DNA from: an uncultured virus (IMG/VR IMGVR_UViG_3300020048_000098)
Taxonomy: Duplodnaviria > Heunggongvirae > Uroviricota > Caudoviricetes
Strand: one strand, 5' to 3'
DNA: 64,000 nucleotides
Virus record (IMG/VR): IMGVR_UViG_3300020048_000098
Coordinates: 1 to 64,000 of that record
Part shown: positions 39,630 to 48,627 of the stretch, in pieces
Layout: every line of letters starts with the position of its first letter
Position numbering within the stretch: the first letter of the stretch is position 1
The notes under the pieces: generated by a model
What the model saw: the letters and a program-made list of their open reading frames with translations, nothing else
The model's database searches: none
Told to the model about the DNA's origin: nothing
Translations under genes and position numbers: made by a program

Positions 39630-39660
39630 TTTAGTCTAGTATAGTTAAGTAAGTAGAATA

Positions 39661-39996
39661 CTAAATTATATTATTTAGAAGAGTTAACGCTCTAGAAGTT
39701 GATGCTACATGCACCTGGAAATCAGAGTTTGATAAGTCCTGTGGTTCCAATTCCCATAGGTGGTTGTTGGCCTCTTGAATCAAGGTATCAAGGTTGTTAA
39801 TGAATAGTTTGTCTACCGTCTTTCCGACCCTGACCATTGTAGGAAATATCTGTTGGAGATTAGCAAAGTCATTCTTGACTGATTCCCAAGCCTTAGTTGG
39901 AGTTGGGATTCTTAATGCAGCAGTGTCACCTGATTTTCTGAATATGTTAGTTTTTATTGCAGAACGTAGGATTTGAGTTTTTGTGTAAGTTGCCAT
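39661..39996 (-). CDS. Hypothetical early protein
   Basis: ORF in early cluster. Confidence 0.65.
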   Translation of the reverse strand: MATYTKTQILRSAIKTNIFRKSGDTAALRIPTPTKAWESVKNDFANLQQIFPTMVRVGKTVDKLFINNLDTLIQEANNHLWELEPQDLSNSDFQVHVASTSRALTLLNNII

Positions 39997-40008
39997 GGTT
40001 ATAGGTTT

Positions 40009-40497
40009 TTAGAGGTTAATGATATAAAAGCTTTGAATTGATTGGTTGATAAGAAGTTGTACCTCAGCTAAAGCTGTACTTGCATTGTTAAGGTCAGCAA
40101 GGTCATCGATGCTATCCACTAAGGATTTTAGGATATGGTATTCATAGTATTGGGATACTGTTAGACTTTCCTCGGGGTGTTCACGGTCAGTAATCCATTG
40201 GGTAAGTTCGTTGAATCTCTCATGTAAAGCACATTTGGGTTCTGGGTTTTTAATGGACATTGTATAGGTTAGTTCCCAAAGTTGTGGTAATACGCAATCA
40301 GCAGCAACTTCAAGTTCCTCTTTTAGTTCGGGTGTTAACTTGTTTGCTATATGAAATATGTCCTTGAACATGAGGGCTTCTACGTATTTGTAGGATTCAT
40401 TTAAGTGGTAAGTTTTAAGTGCCTGTTTTAAAGCCCTGTTTACTTCGGCATCATTAGTATTAAAGTCTTTCATGGTTAGGAGTTTAGTAGGTTGCAT
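40009..40497 (-). CDS. Hypothetical early protein
   Basis: First gene after promoter P4. Confidence 0.65.
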   Translation of the reverse strand: MQPTKLLTMKDFNTNDAEVNRALKQALKTYHLNESYKYVEALMFKDIFHIANKLTPELKEELEVAADCVLPQLWELTYTMSIKNPEPKCALHERFNELTQWITDREHPEESLTVSQYYEYHILKSLVDSIDDLADLNNASTALAEVQLLINQSIQSFYIINL

Positions 40498-40526
40498 ATT
40501 TTTTAATTATTTATATTTTATATATG

Positions 40527-40579
40527 CAAATTTATATATAATTTTACACCTGTGCAACAGCAAAATAACTTAAATAACA
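40527..40579 (-). promoter_or_regulatory. Early promoter P4
   Basis: TTG (40557-55) - N20 - TAAATTTG; degenerate tandem box. Confidence 0.85.
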
Positions 40580-40588
40580 CATAAAAAA

Positions 40589-40605
40589 ACCCAGATTACC
40601 TGGGT
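40589..40605 (-). terminator. Intrinsic terminator
   Basis: ACCCAG / CTGGGT stem running into a T-tract on the minus strand. Confidence 0.65.
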
Positions 40606-40660
40606 CTCTTTCCTACATGTTGTTGCCCTTGTTAGGACTAATTCCGATTTATTACAACCT

Positions 40661-40837
40661 CTAAACCCGATATCTACACCTAAACAGATTATATTTCCAT
40701 TCTACATAGGTCGGCATCACCTGCAGACGGGGTTGATAGTAATCAGGGTAAGACCTGAAAGTAGTTATAGTGAATACCCATTGTAGGAATGGGATTAAAA
40801 CCATAAGGAAGAGTTGATATTGAAGCGATGTAATCAT
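40661..40837 (-). CDS. Small membrane protein (58 aa)
   Basis: Hand translation MITSLQYQLFLMVLIPFLQWVFTITTF...; starts 2 nt after the upstream stop. Confidence 0.45.
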   Translation of the reverse strand: MITSLQYQLFLMVLIPFLQWVFTITTFRSYPDYYQPRLQVMPTYVEWKYNLFRCRYRV

Positions 40838-40839
40838 AC

Positions 40840-41142
40840 CTAATTTTCATTTATATAGTCATCCTTTGACCATTGCTGTGCATTATGGATTGTTTTATAC
40901 TTAGCGTAGATTTCCTCATACTTATCAGGTAGTTCAACTTCTGAGAAATTCTGACTATGGTAATGTTGGTTATCCTTTACAATATCTTTGTATCGGTATA
41001 TTTCCAACCCCCAACGTAAAGCTTCCTTCTTCTTAGTTCTTGAGCAACCTATTACGTATTCGATATTCTCTATCTTTACTGCAATTGCTCTGAATTCCCA
41101 ATCTGGGTACTTCCTATGTATCTTTTTGAATACTGGTTCCAT
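40840..41142 (-). CDS. Hypothetical protein
   Basis: TAATG-coupled ORF. Confidence 0.65.
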   Translation of the reverse strand: MEPVFKKIHRKYPDWEFRAIAVKIENIEYVIGCSRTKKKEALRWGLEIYRYKDIVKDNQHYHSQNFSEVELPDKYEEIYAKYKTIHNAQQWSKDDYINEN

Positions 41143-41599
41143 TAGTGTCTTCCTCCCTGTACATCTTCTAGTTGTTGTTCTAAATCATCTATCCTATCAT
41201 TCATTTCCTTATAGCCATCCTGATGTTGTTCCCTTTTCTTTAGGGCATTATACTTTGAACGTTCAGTGAAAGTCATTTTATCTACCACATGTTGCTCAAG
41301 TGCATCACCCGATGACCTTTGTACCGACTGAGTCTTTACTTTAACCGTATAGCTCCTAGCTTGTTGTTCCCTCCAAGCAGCTTGTTGCCTTTGATAGTTT
41401 CTGGTAGCAAAGGGCCTTTCAACTTTAGGGTCATAATAGGACCTAGACTCATAGTCATAATAATAACCCTCGGGTATAGGTATAGTTTGTTTAGGTTCCT
41501 CTGAAGGTTTATCCCTTTGGATATAGCCAATGGACAACCCCCCGACTAAGCAGAAGGCTATCCATATTATGTTTTNNNNNNNNNNTTAGAGATTTTCAT
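41142..41599 (-). CDS. Membrane-anchored hypothetical protein (spans N gap)
   Basis: Frame stays open upstream of 41537 as NIIWIAFCLVGGLSIGY (TM) up to the N gap; ATG AAA ATC TCT at 41599 beyond the gap. Confidence 0.55.
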
Positions 41600-41935
41600 T
41601 TACGCTTGGGTTGTATTAGTTGGTTTTGGGGTTGGTTCCCTAAGAAGGACTACATCCCCAGTTTCTTCTAGAACTTCGAACATCTCGTGCATTCCCGTTA
41701 TGAATCCCTCAGCAGCAAGGTCAATTGCCCCCTCTATAAATAGTTCTCTATCTACCCCACTGGCAGGTGCCTTGGGAGAACTCTTTATCATACCATATAC
41801 GATATGTGCCTGGGCTTTGGTTAAAGCAGCTAGTACCTCATGGGTATCTTCAAACCCCTTGCCAGAGATTATTACTTGTTCTTTCTCTCCTTCGATAGTG
41901 AAGGTTATCTGTACTACTTTTTCTTCTATTGCCAT
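41600..41935 (-). CDS. Hypothetical protein
   Basis: Tightly packed ORF. Confidence 0.65.
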   Translation of the reverse strand: MAIEEKVVQITFTIEGEKEQVIISGKGFEDTHEVLAALTKAQAHIVYGMIKSSPKAPASGVDRELFIEGAIDLAAEGFITGMHEMFEVLEETGDVVLLREPTPKPTNTTQA

Positions 41936-41941
41936 ATCTTT

Positions 41942-42286
41942 TTATATTAAACTTAAACTTAAACAACCTGTTGTTCTTCCTATTGAATCTACCTGCACCC
42001 CATTGGGTATCAGTAAATCCTTTCTTTTGCTAAACTTCTCAGCCACTATCTTTGATACAATGTAATACGTATCCTTTTGCTTATGGGGTAATCCTTCCAC
42101 TTGGCCATATACTGTTTGAGTAATGGGGATTAGTATACCGGATATTTCATCTTTGACAGTTTCGATTGTTTCTGTTTTTTGTGAACATCTAGCCACTACC
42201 CCCGATGGGGGTATGGTTAGAGTCAGCCCTCCTTTTTTGATATCGATTGGATGTGTAGTGAGATTGATTATCTTTACTGTTCTCAT
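41942..42286 (-). CDS. NLT(P/T)H-family protein, candidate cyclic-oligoadenylate ring nuclease (Crn4-like)
   Basis: INLTTHPI...IPPSGVVAR...YGQVEGLP...YYIVS...RKDLLIP...G...GC; family assignment from memory, unverified. Confidence 0.45.
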   Translation of the reverse strand: MRTVKIINLTTHPIDIKKGGLTLTIPPSGVVARCSQKTETIETVKDEISGILIPITQTVYGQVEGLPHKQKDTYYIVSKIVAEKFSKRKDLLIPNGVQVDSIGRTTGCLSLSLI

Positions 42287-42687
42287 TATACTTCGATTGT
42301 TGGGTTAGCCAATACCGATTTTCTGAAGGTAAGCAAAGTTTCTTGGGCAGTTGCTTTAGCTACCTCATCCTGGATTTTAGCCAATGCTCTTTCCATTGAA
42401 CGGATTTTAGCTCTTTGCTTTTGTCTGAAGGTTTTTCTTAATAAGGTATCCACCATGCCATCAGGGTATAACCATTTCAAATCTTTGTGTACAATAACTT
42501 CCTGGATGATTTGAGCTTCATTAGCATCCTTTAGGTCTGCTTTTGCTGCTTCTTTCTTTGCCTTTCTTTCAGCTAATTTTTCTTTGGCTGATTTTTTAGC
42601 AGGGTCAACTACTTGTTGAGATGCTAACTTTGCAGTGATATCAGAGTTGATAACTGCAGCTTCTGGTGATTTTTTTGAGTTTTTCAT
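42286..42687 (-). CDS. Basic Lys/Ala-rich protein, YP-motif family
   Basis: WLYPDGMVDTLLRKTFRQKQR; first gene after P5. Confidence 0.7.
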   Translation of the reverse strand: MKNSKKSPEAAVINSDITAKLASQQVVDPAKKSAKEKLAERKAKKEAAKADLKDANEAQIIQEVIVHKDLKWLYPDGMVDTLLRKTFRQKQRAKIRSMERALAKIQDEVAKATAQETLLTFRKSVLANPTIEV

Positions 42688-42738
42688 GGTGATAAAGTTT
42701 TAAAGGTTAAATGAATTTTATTATTTATTAATTATATG

Positions 42739-42797
42739 CAAATATAATATTATTTAAACTCCTGGGCAACAGTTAAATAACTTTTATTGCCCAGGAG
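42739..42797 (-). promoter_or_regulatory. Early promoter P5 with tandem box and perfect 11-bp inverted repeat
   Basis: TTG (42769-67) - N20 - TATATTTG; CTCCTGGGCAA / TTGCCCAGGAG. Confidence 0.85.
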
Positions 42798-42805
42798 GTA
42801 ATACC

Positions 42806-43342
42806 TTAGATGTTATCCCAGAGTTGTTCTTGTAACCATCTTTCTCTTTCCTCTAAGCCTGGTTCCATTTCGTTATATTCTTCCATTTCCCTACGGGTAC
42901 TTATGATTTCAATCCTTATTTCTTCATCTACCCTGAATTCAGCATTGATTACATCAACCGCATGGGGTTTACCATCCTTGATATAGACAAATGGTATGTG
43001 TTCAAAGGGAGAATCCCCATGCCCTACAGATTCATATAAGGAATCTGGGGAGAATACCATTGGTGAGGGTGATGGGAAGTATTCTACCTCTTTAGCAAGT
43101 ATCTGCATGTTAGGGAGAAATCCATTGTTGTTTCTTAAAATAGATATGATACTCTCTATGGTATCCATATGGGTATTATCTAAGTAATCAAGGTCCTGGT
43201 AACCCTTTAGGAATGGGATGGTATTTCCATCCTCATCAAGGATAATGTACCCATTATGTTCAGGTTGTCCCGTACTACCATCATGTTCTTTTACCCATAC
43301 TACGGTTTTCCCGTTTCTTCTGTTTCGTCTTGGCATTGGCAT
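42806..43342 (-). CDS. Hypothetical early protein
   Basis: First gene after P6. Confidence 0.7.
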   Translation of the reverse strand: MPMPRRNRRNGKTVVWVKEHDGSTGQPEHNGYIILDEDGNTIPFLKGYQDLDYLDNTHMDTIESIISILRNNNGFLPNMQILAKEVEYFPSPSPMVFSPDSLYESVGHGDSPFEHIPFVYIKDGKPHAVDVINAEFRVDEEIRIEIISTRREMEEYNEMEPGLEERERWLQEQLWDNI

Positions 43343-43384
43343 GTTATTAATTTTTAAGGGTTTTATTTATATATTATTTATATG

Positions 43385-43437
43385 CAAATTTATATTAAAT
43401 TTGTACCTTAAGCAACTGTTAAATTACCTAAATTACC
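43385..43437 (-). promoter_or_regulatory. Early promoter P6 with perfect tandem box
   Basis: TTG (43415-13) - N20 - TAAATTTG; upstream GGTAATTTAGGTAATTTA. Confidence 0.85.
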
Positions 43438-43825
43438 CGTAGACGATGTCCTCGAAGAAGACGGTTTGAAGTATGTTAAGGGCAGTACTGGCATCATCCT
43501 GCTCCTGAGCCATAGCCCATAAATCTAATGTAGGAGATTTCTCTACCCTTTCAAGCACCTGTTCCATTTTTACTACGAAGTCAGCATCTGCATCTGAATC
43601 CCTTACGAATAAACTACCGCCATCCTCTAGAATTCGCATCAGCACATCTTCAAAGCATACTGCATTGTTTGGTTTCTCTTTCTCTAACAGTGCCTTAGCA
43701 TTTCTGTATTCATCTTTGTGGTACTGGATAGATAGTTCACATACCATATCAAAGTACTCTAAGCCATTGCAAAGAGAATTGTAGAAGAATTCTTTTGATT
43801 CCTCTTTCGTTAACTTGATTTCCAT
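43433..43825 (-). CDS. Hypothetical protein
   Basis: ORF ending DA....ILQ..FFEDIVYG. Confidence 0.7.
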   Translation of the reverse strand: MEIKLTKEESKEFFYNSLCNGLEYFDMVCELSIQYHKDEYRNAKALLEKEKPNNAVCFEDVLMRILEDGGSLFVRDSDADADFVVKMEQVLERVEKSPTLDLWAMAQEQDDASTALNILQTVFFEDIVYG

Positions 43826-43829
43826 AACT

Positions 43830-44144
43830 TTATTCTTTAATGGTTCCTATAAATTCTAATGTTAATCCTTCATCCCAGTTGTTATCCCAGTCATCTAATT
43901 CTTCTTGATATTCCTCATCATTATCAAAATCTTCCCTATTACCGGGTCCATCGCTTTCGAAGTATTCCTTCTTAAGGTCTTCATACATATCCTCCTCTTT
44001 AAGGAAATTTGACCTTTGAAGTGTGTTTGATACTAATTCATCCTCATCTACCCAAGTAATTAACCATAGGTAAGGACCTTCTCCGAATACCCTCTTGGGT
44101 TGGGATTCTGAGTTTAGGAATTCTACTGTTAGTGTTTGTACCAT
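43830..44144 (-). CDS. Highly acidic small protein
   Basis: D/E-rich (EDFDNDEEYQEELDDWDNNWDE). Confidence 0.65.
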   Translation of the reverse strand: MVQTLTVEFLNSESQPKRVFGEGPYLWLITWVDEDELVSNTLQRSNFLKEEDMYEDLKKEYFESDGPGNREDFDNDEEYQEELDDWDNNWDEGLTLEFIGTIKE

Positions 44145-44145
44145 G

Positions 44146-44418
44146 TTATAAGTAATTTAAAAGGTTTAGTACATCTTTTTGTATTTCCTCAATCTCTTCC
44201 GAGAAGTGAAGTAAAGCTTGTGCAGCTGCCTGTTTATGGCAATAAGTCATAGGAAAAGCTTCTTTGATAAGCTCATGGTGATTTCTGAAAGTCTCATAAA
44301 GCAAACCCCTTTCATTCTCATTATCCATCATCCTAGCTGTATCTAGGAAATCACCAAAATCATCATTTATTTCGAAGGATAGGATGATAAGTATCTTATT
44401 ATAGGTTACTTTGTCCAT
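44146..44418 (-). CDS. Hypothetical early protein
   Basis: First gene after P7. Confidence 0.65.
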   Translation of the reverse strand: MDKVTYNKILIILSFEINDDFGDFLDTARMMDNENERGLLYETFRNHHELIKEAFPMTYCHKQAAAQALLHFSEEIEEIQKDVLNLLNYL

Positions 44419-44457
44419 GTTGTAAGTATTTAGTTTTTAATTAATTATATAATATTG

Positions 44458-44510
44458 CAAATATATAATAATATAATACTAGAAGCAACAAGAAAATTGC
44501 CTAAATTACC
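44458..44510 (-). promoter_or_regulatory. Early promoter P7 with tandem box
   Basis: TTG (44488-86) - N20 - TATATTTG; upstream GGTAATTTAGGCAAT. Confidence 0.85.
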
Positions 44511-44973
44511 TTAGAATCTTGGTTATACTGATTGAATCTTTTAAATATGGGAACTTGTGCCCAACCGTAAGAAGTAGGTCTAAGCTTCTTTCTATCTTCT
44601 TCCAATACCTTCTGGGTAAATGCTTATTTTTATACTTAGACATTTTATCCCCTAGAATCCATTTCCCATCGAATTTACCTGCACCTTTAATGATTACGCT
44701 ATCCAATGGTTTAAATCCCATCTGTAACAAATCCCGGGAAATTGCTATAATTCTTTGTTCTGAGGCATGTTCCTTATTTATCTTTAAACCAAAGGCAGTT
44801 CCTCCAGCATCATCGCAGCCTTGGCTTGGTACTGCATTATAATATGTGGCCCTTACTTTCATAGTAAGTTCTTTAGAAGCTTCCCTAGAAGCCCTGGGTA
44901 TCATTTGAATTCCCGTATAGCTCCCAAGGGGAAAGTAAAGTAGGATTATTAGTGTAAGTTTTCTCATAGGCAA
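44506..44973 (-). CDS. 3D-domain / RlpA-like cell-wall protein with signal or TM N-terminus
   Basis: ATYYNAVPSQ...TAFG...IIAISRDL...GDKM...LDLL; start probably 44967. Confidence 0.65.
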   Translation of the reverse strand: MPMRKLTLIILLYFPLGSYTGIQMIPRASREASKELTMKVRATYYNAVPSQGCDDAGGTAFGLKINKEHASEQRIIAISRDLLQMGFKPLDSVIIKGAGKFDGKWILGDKMSKYKNKHLPRRYWKKIERSLDLLLTVGHKFPYLKDSISITKILR

Positions 44974-44982
44974 AAAAGTAAA

Positions 44983-45000
44983 AAAGCCCCGTAGGGCTTT
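44983..45000 (-). terminator. Intrinsic terminator
   Basis: AAAGCCC-CGTA-GGGCTTT with T-tail on the minus strand. Confidence 0.65.
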
Positions 45001-45217
45001 AGTTAATGGGTTTGAAGGTTATACCTGGGTAATTTGAGGTAAGTTGGTTTAATGCTTGACCCTGGCTTTCTGCAAGGAATACTGAGTTAAACATTTCAGT
45101 GGTTACATTCTCGTACCGGTAAATTTTACCATTCTTGAATTCAATATCCATCTGATTAGTTTCTGGGTCATGGCCCAAGGACTTCATCCTGCTTGATGTG
45201 CTTAATTTACGTTCCAT
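44999..45217 (-). CDS. KTSC-domain protein
   Basis: SSRMKSLGHDPETNQMDIEFKNGKIYRYENV.......AESQG. Confidence 0.85.
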   Translation of the reverse strand: MERKLSTSSRMKSLGHDPETNQMDIEFKNGKIYRYENVTTEMFNSVFLAESQGQALNQLTSNYPGITFKPIN

Positions 45218-45588
45218 AAGTTTTTATTTAAGATTTCTCTCCATAGTCTGAATTTCTTAGTAATACTGTTTGCCGATTCCCTATCTGGCAATTCCAGTAA
45301 AGGAACCATCTTAGTTACTATAAATTCCAATTTATCTAATCTGTATTCTGGGAAAGTGAATACATTCTTTGGGTTATCAATCATCAATTCATAATCAAGG
45401 TATTGGTTGTTTAAGGTTTCAATCAATTCCTGTTTAGTGCAACCTGCTGCCTCGATTAGTTCATCATGTTTGTAATTATTAACTCCCAACTCCTCATAGA
45501 TTTCCAGAAGGTTTTCCTTTTGAAGCCCTATAATGTGATGGAGCATTTGTACTTCCCCTTGTGTAAGGTTACTTAGTATCAAAGTCAT
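45202..45588 (-). CDS. Hypothetical early protein
   Basis: First gene after P8. Confidence 0.65.
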   Translation of the reverse strand: MTLILSNLTQGEVQMLHHIIGLQKENLLEIYEELGVNNYKHDELIEAAGCTKQELIETLNNQYLDYELMIDNPKNVFTFPEYRLDKLEFIVTKMVPLLELPDRESANSITKKFRLWREILNKNLWNVN

Positions 45589-45611
45589 ATTTTATATATT
45601 TTATTAATATG

Positions 45612-45660
45612 CAAATATAATAATATTTAATTCCTTGTGCAACAGTTAAATTACCTAAAT
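45612..45660 (-). promoter_or_regulatory. Early promoter P8
   Basis: TTG (45642-40) - N20 - TATATTTG; upstream GGTAAT. Confidence 0.85.
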
Positions 45661-46425
45661 ATCACCATCACCAACCTCAATGTAAGGTTTCCAACGGGCA
45701 TAGAATTTTGAGGGTTCTTTTTCTGGGTTAGCAATTGATAACCTGTGTTCTCTTCTCCACTTTTCTCTTTCCTCTAAAGTCATATACTCTGGGAATTTCA
45801 TCATCGAAGTTTTCTTGAAGTTAAATTCCGATTTCTTAGCCCAAGGCATATCGAATTTACCTTTCTCACCTTGCAAGAAGAATAATACCTTATCCTCTTT
45901 ATCACCCATGAGTTTGATACCAAAGATTAACTCTGGGTCATACTTATCATTTTTAGGGTCCTTAGCCTGTTTTAGGCATCTCATCAATATTTGGTAATCC
46001 CCTTTCTTGATACCTACTGGTAAACTTCTTCCTTCCAAATAACCCATAGCTTCAAATAAGTCAATGGTCATAAATCTGAATCCGCAGTTCTTAACCATTT
46101 CAATAGCCTCATCCTGAGTTGAGCATTGTTGGAAGACAGAAAGCATTTCTGCTCTATCATCAGTATCTGGGATGGCATCCCCAGACGGTTTACGCCCTCT
46201 AGTTTTCACTTCTTTAGATATTAAAGGAACTACTCCCGTAAGTTTATCTAAGTACTCTTTACAGCGTGCAATATCATCTGTACCCATTAGGGTAAATTCA
46301 ATTCTTATAGGACCCGAATGCTGTAACTTTGGGCCTACATTAAACTCAGCATCCTGGGTAAGCAGCCTATCAGATTGCATAACCAGTTCCTCGTTGAATA
46401 ACTGTATTCTTATCTTCTTTTCCAT
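45655..46425 (-). CDS. Hypothetical protein with C-terminal YP-like motif and AT-hook-like RGRKP
   Basis: KTRGRKP; MKFPEYMTLEEREKWRREHR. Confidence 0.7.
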   Translation of the reverse strand: MEKKIRIQLFNEELVMQSDRLLTQDAEFNVGPKLQHSGPIRIEFTLMGTDDIARCKEYLDKLTGVVPLISKEVKTRGRKPSGDAIPDTDDRAEMLSVFQQCSTQDEAIEMVKNCGFRFMTIDLFEAMGYLEGRSLPVGIKKGDYQILMRCLKQAKDPKNDKYDPELIFGIKLMGDKEDKVLFFLQGEKGKFDMPWAKKSEFNFKKTSMMKFPEYMTLEEREKWRREHRLSIANPEKEPSKFYARWKPYIEVGDGDI

Positions 46426-46453
46426 ATATCGTCGGTATTTGTGTTTTTAAACT

Positions 46454-46479
46454 ATAAAGTCCGGTTGCCCGGACTTTAT
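46454..46479 (-). terminator. Intrinsic terminator
   Basis: ATAAAGTCCGG / CCGGACTTTAT perfect 11-bp stem. Confidence 0.7.
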
Positions 46480-46497
46480 TAGAATTGATGAGGATGA

Positions 46498-46999
46498 TTA
46501 ATCTTCTGTTTCATCAGCATCAGCAGCTTTTTTAGCTTTCTTTTCTTTCTTAGAAAGTTTTTCTTCAGCTACTTCAGCAACTTCTTCTGATTTTTTAACC
46601 NNNNNNNNNNTTTTTAACCTTAGCTGGTTTTTCTTCTTTACCGGCAGAGTTAGCTTCTCTTCTCATTTTTGCACGGTATTTCTTTTTGTCTTCTGCAGTT
46701 TCGATACCTGCTGGGTATTCGTATTTCTTTGCAAAAGCTCCGCCTTCTTTACCTTCTTTTTTAGGTTTTAATGCTTTTACTTCTTCTTGAACAGCATCCA
46801 ATTCAGCAGTAGCAGCATCTAATGCCTTAGCCAATTTGTTATACTTTTTCATTTGTTTCTCATCAAGGTCTTCATGAGATTTAGCACCAGCTTCTTTTAG
46901 GAAAGCTTTAACTTCTTTCTTAGCTTCGTTTAAAGCTTCTTTTTTTTCGTTTCTTGCTTCGCAAGCTTGTTCGTAAGTTTCGAATTGAGATTTTGACAT
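46498..46999 (-). CDS. Lys/Glu/Ala-rich coiled-coil protein, YP-motif family (spans N gap)
   Basis: KYEYPAGIETAEDKKKYRAKMRR; past the gap an open frame reads VKKSEEVAEVAEEKLSKKEKKAKKAADADETED* to 46498. Confidence 0.7.
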
Positions 47000-47057
47000 G
47001 GTAAGTTGTTTTTAAAATTAATAATTGGTGATTTGAGATATATAGAACTATCCGTTC

Positions 47058-47411
47058 CTAGTAATTTGGGATTAGGGTTAATTCCCCTAGTGGTAAGGGG
47101 TTCAACTCTAAAATTTCGTAGGGCACTTCCTCTTTTAAGCCAAATTCAATTAAAGCATGGGCTTCTACTGAAGTTACATTAGAGAATGTTATCTTATACT
47201 TTCCGGGACCCCATTCTTTATAGGTACCCTTGATATAGATGACTGCCTCTATTACCATTACAGTTTTTCCAAATTGGCCTATCTGGGTAGCAGCAACATC
47301 TATCTGTTTTGTTAAATCTATAACCTGACCTAGTCTATTGGAGGTTAGAGCTTCCTCATAGCGTATTTGCCTTAGACGGTTGTACCTGGATATTAGCCTT
47401 TGTAAACTCAT
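47058..47411 (-). CDS. Hypothetical protein
   Basis: ORF in operon. Confidence 0.65.
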   Translation of the reverse strand: MSLQRLISRYNRLRQIRYEEALTSNRLGQVIDLTKQIDVAATQIGQFGKTVMVIEAVIYIKGTYKEWGPGKYKITFSNVTSVEAHALIEFGLKEEVPYEILELNPLPLGELTLIPNY

Positions 47412-47413
47412 GG

Positions 47414-48187
47414 TTAAAATTTGTAATGTAGTTTATAAATGTTATTGATGATTCTGTTGGGTTTGTAGTTAATGTGTTTACCTAAGGAGCAATGTACTCC
47501 ATTCCTGGAAGTTTCCTTTGGATAAGCATAGTCTAACTTCTCATTCTCCTCCATGAATTTTACTATCCGTATGCAATTTTCTATTGTAGCACTTTCAAAT
47601 CCTCTGTTCTCTTTCATAAGGTCAAGAATCTTGCTTCGTAGAATATCAAATTCTAAAGTAAGTAAAGTTACCTGTGCATTCCATTTAGCTTCGCTAGCTT
47701 TTATGGTATCTGTCCTATCTGGTTTAGGTACTGACTTCTTGAATGCCGTATAAATCATTTGCTTACTTTTAAGCATTTTTTCCCTACGGGCATTGTTTGC
47801 TTTCTTGGCATGGGATATATCATCCCGGACTTCCCATTTGTACTTGATAACCCCATTAATATAGAATTCGCACATAAGGTGGGCAAGTTCTACCTGTTCC
47901 TTCTGCCCCCAGAATCTAATACCTTTCTTAGGTTCTACATAGTGGGGCATTAAGAATTCACCCATTATACCAACTGTATGGGTATAAAAACCTATTACCT
48001 GGGCCCAAGCAATATGCTCATCTTTTAAGATTGCCCCATGCTTAGGTATATTCGGTATAAAGGTTTTACATACTAGCCTGTCTTTGTAGGATGGTGGGAA
48101 TATACCTACCTCCAACTTACGCAGTCTAGATATTGAGACCTTATCCCAGTTCATTACTGGGCTAAACAAGCTGTATATTTTCTGCAT
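47414..48187 (-). CDS. Hypothetical protein
   Basis: 257-aa ORF. Confidence 0.65.
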   Translation of the reverse strand: MQKIYSLFSPVMNWDKVSISRLRKLEVGIFPPSYKDRLVCKTFIPNIPKHGAILKDEHIAWAQVIGFYTHTVGIMGEFLMPHYVEPKKGIRFWGQKEQVELAHLMCEFYINGVIKYKWEVRDDISHAKKANNARREKMLKSKQMIYTAFKKSVPKPDRTDTIKASEAKWNAQVTLLTLEFDILRSKILDLMKENRGFESATIENCIRIVKFMEENEKLDYAYPKETSRNGVHCSLGKHINYKPNRIINNIYKLHYKF

Positions 48188-48509
48188 AGTCTGTTAAGCA
48201 TTTACAAGGGATTTTTCCATCTACTACATTTACTGTCTTTTTACCATTAGGCCTCTTTGAGGTTGAGTACCCAGAGAACCCTCTACCATGGCATTTCTTA
48301 CAAGGTTTGAAATCTGGTACCTGGGTTTGGTCTACTAACCCATTGATAAGGTACCAGGCTTTAAAGTAAGCCATCTTGCTGGGGTGTACATTTGGCAAGG
48401 TCTTAAGGAATGACTCCTTTACATCTGCCTTTACCGTGAACAGGAGTTTATCCCCATTTACTTCCGGAATAACCATTTTAGGTGCAGGTAATTGTTCTTC
48501 TGTGCTCAT
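48162..48509 (-). CDS. Zn-binding protein (CxxCxGxG ... CxC)
   Basis: CKKCHGRG and PCKC; first gene after P9. Confidence 0.65.
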   Translation of the reverse strand: MSTEEQLPAPKMVIPEVNGDKLLFTVKADVKESFLKTLPNVHPSKMAYFKAWYLINGLVDQTQVPDFKPCKKCHGRGFSGYSTSKRPNGKKTVNVVDGKIPCKCLTDYAENIQLV

Positions 48510-48534
48510 GTTTTTATTATTTATTAATTATATG

Positions 48535-48587
48535 CAAATATAATATTAATTATATCCCTGTGCAACGGATAAATGACTTTTATAACA
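48535..48587 (-). promoter_or_regulatory. Early promoter P9
   Basis: TTG (48565-63) - N20 - TATATTTG; degenerate tandem box. Confidence 0.85.
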
Positions 48588-48590
48588 AGA

Positions 48591-48611
48591 AAAGCGGGAT
48601 ATACCCGCTTT
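48591..48611 (-). terminator. Intrinsic terminator
   Basis: AAAGCGGG / CCCGCTTT stem. Confidence 0.65.
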
Positions 48612-48627
48612 CCATGTAGAGGATTCC

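Noticed and set aside
41576..41586. Apparent truncated start of ORF 41142..41537
   Set aside because: Assembly N gap; the reading frame is plausibly continuous to ATG 41599
46595..46610. Apparent premature stop or frameshift in the Lys-rich gene
   Set aside because: Artefact of a 10-N gap flanked by repeated TTTTTAACC; a natural C-terminus continues to 46498
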